From positions 242,250 through 306,249 of the forward strand of contig CAYXRF010000001.1 of NCBI GenBank assembly GCA_964467585.1: DNA of 64,000 nucleotides. Direction: 5' to 3'. Source of the DNA: an uncultured Oscillospiraceae bacterium. Its GTDB lineage: Bacteria; Bacillota; Clostridia; Christensenellales; CAG-138. Numbering within the stretch: the first letter of the stretch is position 1; the number at the start of each line of letters is the position of its first letter. The notes under the pieces are model-generated. The model saw nothing but the letters and a program-made list of their open reading frames with translations. It searched no databases and was not told the origin of the DNA. The position numbers were made by a program, and so were the translations under genes. Shown here in pieces: positions 20,814 through 29,594 of this stretch.

Positions 20814-20841
20814 TTGACATTTCAATGAACTGATGTATAAT
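20814..20841 (+). promoter_or_regulatory. Sigma-A type promoter for tRNA-Tyr
   Basis: TTGACA at 20814-20819, 16-nt spacer, TATAAT at 20836-20841. Confidence 0.6.
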
Positions 20842-20862
20842 GGCAAAGTACCAAATGAATGA

Positions 20863-20947
20863 GGACGGGTTCCCGAGCGGCCAAAGGGAGCGGACTGTAA
20901 ATCCGTTGTCACAGACTACGATGGTTCGAATCCATCCCCGTCCACCA
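20863..20947 (+). tRNA. tRNA-Tyr (anticodon GTA), class II, encoded CCA
   Basis: Acceptor GGACGGG/CCCGTCC, anticodon loop CTGTAAA, long variable arm, T-loop TTCGAAT. Confidence 0.95.
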
Positions 20948-20952
20948 AAAAG

Positions 20953-20987
20953 CAAGTACCCCGTGTAATGCACGGGGTACTTGTTTT
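20953..20987 (+). terminator. Rho-independent terminator after tRNA-Tyr
   Basis: 13-bp stem caagtaccccgtg/cacggggtacttg, then TTTT. Confidence 0.85.
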
Positions 20988-21089
20988 AGCAAAAAGAATT
21001 AACGCGTTAAGGCACTATACTTGAAATAACCCTTTACTTTTTTGATAAAAGGCAATATACTTCAAATACTATGTAAAAAGGGGCGATAA

Positions 21090-22565
21090 ATGATAGACCT
21101 AACCATTAATGAAGAAAAGCTTGAAAGAGCCGTTGCAAGAGCAAAGCAGCAGGGGATAGTCATCCCGACTTTTGCTCAGATGAAGAACCCTGCTCTTATT
21201 CCTCAGTACGTTAAAGACGAGCTGAAGCATATCGGGCTTTGGGATGTTAACCCATATAACCTTTTTAGAATATCTTGGCACAATGAACCCAAAGAATACG
21301 GAGGTACATTCGGTGGAGTAAATTACATTGAATTACCCTCTTCATTGACGGGTGTGCGTGCGCGCATTGTCGCGCTTGTCGGAAAGTGGTTTCCAACGGG
21401 TTGCCACAAGGTTGGCGCAAGCTTTGGCTGCCTTGCTCCGCGACTTGTAACAGGTCAGTTTGATCCAACCTATAATAAAGCCGTATGGCCTTCCACGGGC
21501 AACTATTGCCGCGGCGGCGCATACAATTCCAAGCTGCTGTCCTGCGAGAGCATTGCAATACTTCCGGCGGAAATGAGCAGAGAACGCTTTGATTGGCTCA
21601 GCAAAATTGCAGGTGAGGTGATTGCAACTCCGGGATGTGAAAGCAATGTTAAAGAGATTTTCGACAAGACTTGGGAGCTTAGGCGAACCCGCAATGATGT
21701 TGTTATTTTCAACCAGTTCGATGAGATGGGGAATCATCTTTGGCACTACCATGTTACGGGAGGCGCAATTGAGGAGGTCTATGAGAGCATAAAAACACCG
21801 ACAAGTCGCTTTGCCGGCGCCTGCTTCACAAGCGGCAGCGCGGGTACAATGGGCAGCGGTGACTATCTTAAGGAAAGATATCCAAACAGTAAACTTGCCG
21901 TTGGCGAAGCACTTCAATGCCCGACTCTGCTTAACAATGGTTTTGGCGGACATCGCATTGAGGGAATTGGCGACAAGCACGTTCCCTGGGTACACAATGT
22001 AAAAAACACCGATATGGTTATAGCAATCGATGACGATGACAGCCAAAACCTTCTTCGTCTATTTAACACGCCTGATGGGCATAAGTATCTTGTCGATTAT
22101 GTCGGAGTTGACCCCGACACAGTAGAGAAGCTTTCGCTGATGGGTATTTCCGGGATTGCAAACCTGCTTTGCTGCATAAAATTTGCAAAGTATTATGAGC
22201 TTACCGAGGATGATGTTGTTGCAACGGTGTGCACGGATTCCGCCGTTATGTACACAAGCCGCATTGACGAGCTGAACGAGCAAAAGGGACAGTATTCGCT
22301 TGTTGCCGCCGCTTCAGATTATTCGGAGCATATTGCGGGCGTCCGTACAGACAGTATGGAGGAGCTTACCTATCAGGAACGCAAGCGTATACACAACCTC
22401 AAATACTACACTTGGGTTGAGCAACAGGGCAAAACCGTGGATGAGCTTAACGCACAGTGGTATGATCCGAACTATTGGAAGAACATTCATAAGCAGGCTG
22501 ATGATATAGATAAGCTGATCAATGCCTTCAACGAGAAAGCAAACGTACACGATAATACTAAATAA
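21090..22565 (+). CDS. Fold-type II (Trp-synthase-beta/cysteine-synthase-like) PLP-dependent enzyme, long form, function unknown
   Basis: PTGCHKVGASFGCL (putative PLP-Lys), STGNYCRGGAY, a Gly-rich loop TSGSAGTMGSG, and EGIGDKHVPW. At 491 aa it carries N- and C-terminal extensions relative to CysK. Confidence 0.6.
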   Translation: MIDLTINEEKLERAVARAKQQGIVIPTFAQMKNPALIPQYVKDELKHIGLWDVNPYNLFRISWHNEPKEYGGTFGGVNYIELPSSLTGVRARIVALVGKWFPTGCHKVGASFGCLAPRLVTGQFDPTYNKAVWPSTGNYCRGGAYNSKLLSCESIAILPAEMSRERFDWLSKIAGEVIATPGCESNVKEIFDKTWELRRTRNDVVIFNQFDEMGNHLWHYHVTGGAIEEVYESIKTPTSRFAGACFTSGSAGTMGSGDYLKERYPNSKLAVGEALQCPTLLNNGFGGHRIEGIGDKHVPWVHNVKNTDMVIAIDDDDSQNLLRLFNTPDGHKYLVDYVGVDPDTVEKLSLMGISGIANLLCCIKFAKYYELTEDDVVATVCTDSAVMYTSRIDELNEQKGQYSLVAAASDYSEHIAGVRTDSMEELTYQERKRIHNLKYYTWVEQQGKTVDELNAQWYDPNYWKNIHKQADDIDKLINAFNEKANVHDNTK

Positions 22566-22581
22566 TATTGTCTCTATTTGC

Positions 22582-22617
22582 AAAAGGCACGGAATTAACC
22601 GTGCCTTTTATTTTTTT
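22582..22617 (+). terminator. Rho-independent terminator
   Basis: Stem aaaaggcacgg/ccgtgcctttt, followed by a T-run. Confidence 0.85.
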
Positions 22618-22631
22618 GCAGTGTTATAGTC

Positions 22632-22661
22632 TTGCCATTGTGTCATAGTCTTTGCTATAAT
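22632..22661 (+). promoter_or_regulatory. Putative promoter of the DUF1538/PII operon
   Basis: TTGCCA at 22632-22637, 18-nt spacer, TATAAT at 22656-22661. Flanked by the near-direct repeats atagtcttgc / atagtctttgc. Confidence 0.5.
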
Positions 22662-22701
22662 GTATTTGTAAAATCAAAAAGTCTTGTGACGGAGGTCTGC
22701 A

Positions 22702-24234
22702 TTGAGGAACACCGTTATTGACAAACTTAAGGAATCACTGTCGTCCGTATTGCCATTGACTGCAATAGTGCTGATATGTAACTTTGCATTGGCGATATTC
22801 AGTCCATACGGAGGAATGCCCGCTGGTATGGTGTGGCAGTTTGTAATTGGTGCTGTCTTATTGATTATCGGCATGACTTTTTTCTCAATCGGCGCCGATA
22901 TATCCATGATCCCGATGGGGGAACGCGTTGGCGCACATCTCACAAGATCGGGTAAATACTATATATTAATCCCGTGCTGCTTTCTTATAGGTGCGCTTAT
23001 TACAATTGCCGAGCCGGATCTAAGCGTGCTTGCATCGCAGTTTCCTGCTATTGACGACCGCACAATTATAATCACTGTGGCGGTTGGCGTTGGAGCTTTT
23101 CTTGTGCTTGCATTCATACGGGTGCTGAAACGCATATCGCTTTCGTTGATATTAATCGTTTCTTATCTTGTGTTATTTACGGTTGCATATTTTGCTCCGG
23201 ACGCCTTTAGAGCGGTTGCTTTTGACTCGGGCGGTGTTACGACAGGACCTATAACCGTGCCGTTTTTAATCGCCATGGGTATCGGACTTGCAACAGTTCG
23301 AGGAAGTAAAAGCTCTCAGGATGACAGCTTTGGCGTGGTTGCGCTATGTTCTGTCGGCCCAATACTTGCTATGCTGATACTTGGTATGTTTCGCAATACA
23401 TCGGGAGCAACGGCAAGCACCGCCGCCGCGTCCGCCTCAACGTTTGGCGAAGCGCTGCTTATGTTTGTGCACGGAATACCCACATACCTAAAGGAAGTGG
23501 CGCTCGCGCTGTTGCCGATAGTGGCGCTGTTCATTGTTTTCAATTTTATTTTTCTGCGGCTGCCAATTAAAACGCTTATTCGTATCGGGATCGGGATACT
23601 TTACACATACATAGGGCTTACGGTCTTTTTGGTTGGCGCAAGCGTAGGCTTCCTGCCGGCAGGTCAATATATCGGTGCTGCGATTGCTAAAACTAAATGG
23701 CTTTTAATACCTGTTGGCATGATCATGGGCTTTTTCGTGGTAATGGCGGAACCTGCTGTTCGTGTGCTTAATCGTCAGGTTGAAGAACTGACTGTTGGCG
23801 CCGTCACAAAACGTGCTATGCTGCTGATGCTCTCAATTGGTGTATCCGTGTCCGTCGGTCTTGCAATGCTGAGGGTGATAACCGGCATATCCGCATGGTA
23901 TTTTATCGTTGGCGGGTATGCCGCTGCAATATTGTTTTCATTTTTTGTTCCAAAGGTATTTACTGCGATTGCTTTTGACTCCGGCGGAGTCGCATCCGGG
24001 CCGATGACTGCATCATTTTTGCTTCCGTTTGCAATGGGCGCGTGCGCTGAGGTTGGCGGAAACATACTGACAGATGCATTTGGTTTGATTGCATTTGTGG
24101 CAATGACGCCCCTTATCACAATCCAGCTTCTGGGGCTTTCCTATTCAATAAAGCTTAAGCGCACAAGGATGCATTCATCCAATGCATCAGACGCTGTAAA
24201 TGTTATCGAATTTGAGTATAAGGAGGCTGCCTGA
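22702..24234 (+). CDS. DUF1538 family polytopic membrane protein (internally duplicated)
   Basis: Two copies of the family signature: AFDSGGVTTGPITVPFLIAMG and AFDSGGVASGPMTASFLLPFAMG. TTG start, 6 nt after GGAGG at 22691-22695. Confidence 0.8.
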   Translation: MRNTVIDKLKESLSSVLPLTAIVLICNFALAIFSPYGGMPAGMVWQFVIGAVLLIIGMTFFSIGADISMIPMGERVGAHLTRSGKYYILIPCCFLIGALITIAEPDLSVLASQFPAIDDRTIIITVAVGVGAFLVLAFIRVLKRISLSLILIVSYLVLFTVAYFAPDAFRAVAFDSGGVTTGPITVPFLIAMGIGLATVRGSKSSQDDSFGVVALCSVGPILAMLILGMFRNTSGATASTAAASASTFGEALLMFVHGIPTYLKEVALALLPIVALFIVFNFIFLRLPIKTLIRIGIGILYTYIGLTVFLVGASVGFLPAGQYIGAAIAKTKWLLIPVGMIMGFFVVMAEPAVRVLNRQVEELTVGAVTKRAMLLMLSIGVSVSVGLAMLRVITGISAWYFIVGGYAAAILFSFFVPKVFTAIAFDSGGVASGPMTASFLLPFAMGACAEVGGNILTDAFGLIAFVAMTPLITIQLLGLSYSIKLKRTRMHSSNASDAVNVIEFEYKEAA

Positions 24235-24236
24235 TT

Positions 24237-24704
24237 ATGGAATCGGAACCGCTTGAACTGATAGGCTGCATTGTTAATCGTGGCATGGGCGAGCTTGTTG
24301 TAAAGCTGTGTGCGCGAGAGAACATAATGTTTCGGATCCTTTTAAGAGGGCGGGGGACAGCTGATTCCGAAACGTTGAATCTGCTTGGTATAGGCGATAA
24401 AGAAAAGGACGTCGCCTTTCTGTCGGTATGTGAGAGCAGAACGAACGAGATCATGCAGAAGCTTACCGATGAGCTTGAGTTAACTCGTGCGGGGCGAGGA
24501 ATTGCATTTTCAATTCAGTTTTCTGCCGTTGCATCACAGCTTTCGTCCTATGATATTCTGTCGGGCAATTCAAACCCCATTATCGGTCCCGACACTTCCA
24601 CAAACGCAGAGGCGATTGCTCAAGCGGTAAAAAAAGGCAGGCAGACCATGCGCGAAAAAAGCAAACGGATAAAGAGCAGACAGCGAGGAGATAAGACCGA
24701 ATGA
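24237..24704 (+). CDS. PII (GlnB/K-fold)-like protein with charged C-terminal tail
   Basis: LIGCIVNRGMGELVVKLCARENIMFRILLRGRGTADSE..., a beta-alpha-beta plus loop pattern. Starts 3 nt after the DUF1538 stop. Basic tail of ~50 aa. Confidence 0.65.
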   Translation: MESEPLELIGCIVNRGMGELVVKLCARENIMFRILLRGRGTADSETLNLLGIGDKEKDVAFLSVCESRTNEIMQKLTDELELTRAGRGIAFSIQFSAVASQLSSYDILSGNSNPIIGPDTSTNAEAIAQAVKKGRQTMREKSKRIKSRQRGDKTE

Positions 24705-25171
24705 TTAAGTATGACCTTATATTGACAATTGTTAACAGAGGCTTTGCGGACGAGGTGATGGACGCAGCAAGACGTGCAGGCGCATTTGGCGGCACCGTTG
24801 TTAATGCAAGGGGTACAGGCACGAATGAGCTTCAAAAGTTTTTTGGCGCAACCATACAGCCCGAAAAGGAAATGGTGCTGATACTTACTGAAAGAGAAAA
24901 GCGCACGGTGATGATGGAAGTGATATGTCGTGATGCAGGGCTTTCAAAGGCGGGCATGGGGATATGCTTTTCACTGCCGGTTGACGGTGTGACCGGAATC
25001 AGCAGATTTGCCGAACCAGCACCTAAGCATCAAGATATTAAGGACGAGGTTGCGTCAAACAAAAATGACGATAAAGCGCAAGCGGATAAAGTTGTGCAAT
25101 CGGACAAAGCTTTGGCGTCTTCTGAACAGGCTTTGCCTAAAATGAAGGAACAACCGAAAGAGCAATCTTGA
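24701..25171 (+). CDS. PII (GlnB/K-fold)-like protein, paralog 2, with acidic/Lys-rich tail
   Basis: LILTIVNRGFADEVMDAARRAGAFGGTVVNARGTGTNE... ATGA overlap with paralog 1. Confidence 0.7.
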   Translation: MIKYDLILTIVNRGFADEVMDAARRAGAFGGTVVNARGTGTNELQKFFGATIQPEKEMVLILTEREKRTVMMEVICRDAGLSKAGMGICFSLPVDGVTGISRFAEPAPKHQDIKDEVASNKNDDKAQADKVVQSDKALASSEQALPKMKEQPKEQS

Positions 25172-25207
25172 TTTTTATGGATTGAATACATCAGGTTTAA
25201 AAGAATC

Positions 25208-25239
25208 GGGGCTGCGGTATATGTTAATGCCGCAGCCCC
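25208..25239 (-). terminator. Hairpin terminator between the PII operon and groEL
   Basis: 10-bp GC-rich stem ggggctgcgg/ccgcagcccc. The T-rich tract lies on the minus-strand side. Confidence 0.7.
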
Positions 25240-25282
25240 AAATCTCAGTTTAAGTATCCTGTTGTTTTTCTATTTCACCGAA

Positions 25283-27219
<1,937 letters not shown>

Positions 27220-27326
27220 GACCTTTACCTCCAAATAGTTTGTTTGATTTCTTACCGCATCGGACGAATAACTTTGCTGTATCCCAATCTGATGGAACAT
27301 ATTCGTACACATCCGCACGGTGCTTG

Positions 27327-27353
27327 TTAGCACTCAACACCCTCGAGTGCTAA
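27327..27353 (-). promoter_or_regulatory. CIRCE operator (HrcA binding site)
   Basis: Perfect TTAGCACTC-N9-GAGTGCTAA, located between the groES promoter and its RBS. Confidence 0.95.
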
Positions 27354-27361
27354 CAGGGCTA

Positions 27362-27390
27362 ATTATATGCAAGTTAACATTCTCTGTCAA
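27362..27390 (-). promoter_or_regulatory. Sigma-A promoter of groESL
   Basis: On the minus strand: TTGACA (27390-27385), 17-nt spacer, TATAAT (27367-27362). Confidence 0.8.
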
Positions 27391-27481
27391 CAGTGAATGC
27401 AGTAATATAATGAATATATTTTTTGGAACGAGCGCTTGATGTAAAAATGATTATATATTAGCAAAAGATGATGTTGAAGAC

Positions 27482-27510
27482 TTGCAATCATTTTCACATA
27501 CGGTTATACT
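27482..27510 (+). promoter_or_regulatory. Sigma-A promoter of leader/ABC operon
   Basis: TTGCAA at 27482-27487, 17-nt spacer, TATACT at 27505-27510. Confidence 0.65.
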
Positions 27511-27540
27511 GTGACCATATTACGAGAGGAGGTTGCGTAC

Positions 27541-27633
27541 ATGTTTGGCTATTATGTTCTTGACAATGTGTTTAACGGGTATCGCTATACCTATGCCTAT
27601 GCCTGCGCTTTGTGTATGCAGCCGTCTGATTAA
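27541..27633 (+). CDS. 30-codon leader peptide ORF (MFGYYVLDNVFNGYRYTYAYACALCMQPSD)
   Basis: GGAGG at 27528-27532 lies 8 nt before ATG 27541; stop TAA at 27631-27633. Below the ORF-track size cut-off. Followed by a terminator and then the ABC genes. Confidence 0.55.
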   Translation: MFGYYVLDNVFNGYRYTYAYACALCMQPSD

Positions 27634-27656
27634 GGGACTGGTTTTGTACATTTTGG

Positions 27657-27687
27657 GTCACGGGCAGCAAGGCTCCCGTGACTTTTT
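27657..27687 (+). terminator. Intrinsic terminator / attenuator in the ABC-operon leader
   Basis: Perfect 8-bp stem gtcacggg/cccgtgac, 10-nt loop, T5 run. The T-run ends 17 nt before the ABC start codon. Confidence 0.7.
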
Positions 27688-27704
27688 GTATATTTGGAGG
27701 TTGT

Positions 27705-29594
27705 ATGGAAACTCAGAAATTGAAAAGGAAACGTAACAGAAAAGGAAAAGAAGCTCATTCTTCAGTCAACTATGCCCTTGTTAAGCGGTCTATGCGCGGC
27801 ACCGGCAAGTATTTTACGCTGTCAATTATCGGGCTTATCATCGCGGTTCTATCCGCCTATTTAATCCCGCTCGTAACCAGCTTCACTATTGACTACGTGC
27901 TGATGCCATATGCGGAGGAGGGTTATACGGCAAGCCTTAATTTGCCTTCCTTTTTGCAGAATTGGCTTGAAGCTGTTGGCGGCAGAGAATTTTTGGCAAA
28001 CCATCTGTATATAATGGCGATACTGCTGGTTCTCGTAACCGCTATAAACGCATTTACCACATATATGCGCAGAAGCAACATTGCATACGCGGGTGAAGGC
28101 ATAGCGAAAAATCTGCGCGACGATCTTTATACACACCTTGCAAACGTTCCGTTTGATTATCACAAGCACGTTTCAACAGGTGACCTTGTGCAAAGATGTA
28201 CGTCGGATGTTGACACTGTCCGCAGGTTTATTCAAAACCAATTGCTTGAGATGGTGCGAACCGTAATCATGGTAGTTTGTGCAGCTTCAATACTGATAAG
28301 CATTAATCCCATGTTGACGCTTTATTCTGTGATGCTGATGCCGTTTCTTACGCTGTCATCCTTTCTATATTTTAGGAAGGTACGCTACTGGTTCACTCAA
28401 TCAGATGAAGCCGAGGGTAAGCTTTCAGCTACTATTCAAGAAAATCTGACAGGCGTCAGGGTTGTTCGAGCATTTGGGCAGCAGAAAGCTGAGCTTGATA
28501 ACTTCACCGAAAAGAATAAGGACTTCAAAACAAAAACTCAGCATTTGCTTGATTTGCTTGCTTTTTATTGGGGTGCGTCTGATTGCTTCGGGTATTTGCA
28601 GATAGCCATTTCATTGTGCGTCGGCATACTCTTTACAATACAACGCAATCTGTCGGTGGGACAGCTTCTTGTGTTTGTTTCATATACCGGCATGCTAACT
28701 TGGCCCGTTCGTCAGCTTGGACGAATACTTGCAGACCTTGGCAAGGCGACTGTGTCATTGGGGAGAATAGACGAAATACTGTCAGTTCCCGTTGAGAGTG
28801 AAACAGGAAAGGCATTAAAGCCTGATATTCACGGCGATGTTGAGTTCAGAAACGTCTGGTTTGGCTATGAAGATGGGCAGGACGTGCTGCGCGGCGTAAG
28901 CTTCAAAGCAGAGCACGGGCAGACAATTGCCATATTGGGCTCAACTGGCTCAGGCAAATCCAGCCTTGTGCAGCTGATACAACGGCTCTATACCTGCAAT
29001 AAGGGAGAGATACTCATCGACGGCGTCAATGTCAACGATATTGAACGTCATCATTTGAGACGCAATATAGGTATAGTACTGCAGGAACCTTTTCTGTATT
29101 CACGCACGATAATCGATAATATTCGTATTGTTGATCCGGACGCTTCAAACGAAGATGTGTATGACGTTGCAAGGGTAGCTTCAATACACGATGTTGTATC
29201 CGGCTTTGAAAACGGATACGACACTATTGTCGGAGAAAGAGGCGTTACGCTGTCCGGCGGTCAGAAGCAGCGTGTTGCAATCGCAAGAATGCTCATGCAA
29301 AAGGCTCCGATTATCATACTTGACGACTCCATGAGCGCTGTTGACACGGAAACAGACGCCGCTATACGCGACGCACTCCATTCAAGGCGCCTCAACAGCA
29401 CTACATTCATTATATCTCACCGTATTACAACCCTTTGTAAGGCGGATAAGATACTTGTGCTTGAGCATGGAGAGCTCGTTCAGCAGGGTACGCACGAGGA
29501 GCTTCTGCAGCAAGACGGTCTATACAAGCGTATTGCAAACATTCAGAATATGCTTGAGGACGAAATGAAAGAGGACGAGGGAGGCGAGGCTTAA
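27705..29594 (+). CDS. ABC transporter permease/ATP-binding protein (type I exporter half-transporter, subunit 1)
   Basis: 6-TM domain followed by an NBD with Walker A GSTGSGKSS, signature LSGGQKQR and Walker B IIILDD. GGAGG lies before ATG 27705. Confidence 0.9.
   Translation: METQKLKRKRNRKGKEAHSSVNYALVKRSMRGTGKYFTLSIIGLIIAVLSAYLIPLVTSFTIDYVLMPYAEEGYTASLNLPSFLQNWLEAVGGREFLANHLYIMAILLVLVTAINAFTTYMRRSNIAYAGEGIAKNLRDDLYTHLANVPFDYHKHVSTGDLVQRCTSDVDTVRRFIQNQLLEMVRTVIMVVCAASILISINPMLTLYSVMLMPFLTLSSFLYFRKVRYWFTQSDEAEGKLSATIQENLTGVRVVRAFGQQKAELDNFTEKNKDFKTKTQHLLDLLAFYWGASDCFGYLQIAISLCVGILFTIQRNLSVGQLLVFVSYTGMLTWPVRQLGRILADLGKATVSLGRIDEILSVPVESETGKALKPDIHGDVEFRNVWFGYEDGQDVLRGVSFKAEHGQTIAILGSTGSGKSSLVQLIQRLYTCNKGEILIDGVNVNDIERHHLRRNIGIVLQEPFLYSRTIIDNIRIVDPDASNEDVYDVARVASIHDVVSGFENGYDTIVGERGVTLSGGQKQRVAIARMLMQKAPIIILDDSMSAVDTETDAAIRDALHSRRLNSTTFIISHRITTLCKADKILVLEHGELVQQGTHEELLQQDGLYKRIANIQNMLEDEMKEDEGGEA

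Noticed and set aside
20414-20973. ORFs 20414-20728, 20432-20647 and 20725-20973. ORF 63518-63949 at the other tRNA locus is the same kind of call.
   Set aside because: They run across tRNA-Leu, tRNA-Tyr and tRNA-Leu genes and their terminators, so they are not coding.
21342-22046. 234-aa minus-strand ORF.
   Set aside because: It is antisense to the PLP-enzyme gene, which has clear fold-type II motifs. It is a shadow ORF.
27533-27736. 67-aa ORF from the supplied track spanning the ABC leader.
   Set aside because: It has a TTG start overlapping the RBS of the better-supported 30-codon ORF. It reads through the terminator hairpin and into the ABC gene in another frame. The ATG 27541 ORF, with its GGAGG at 8 nt, is preferred.
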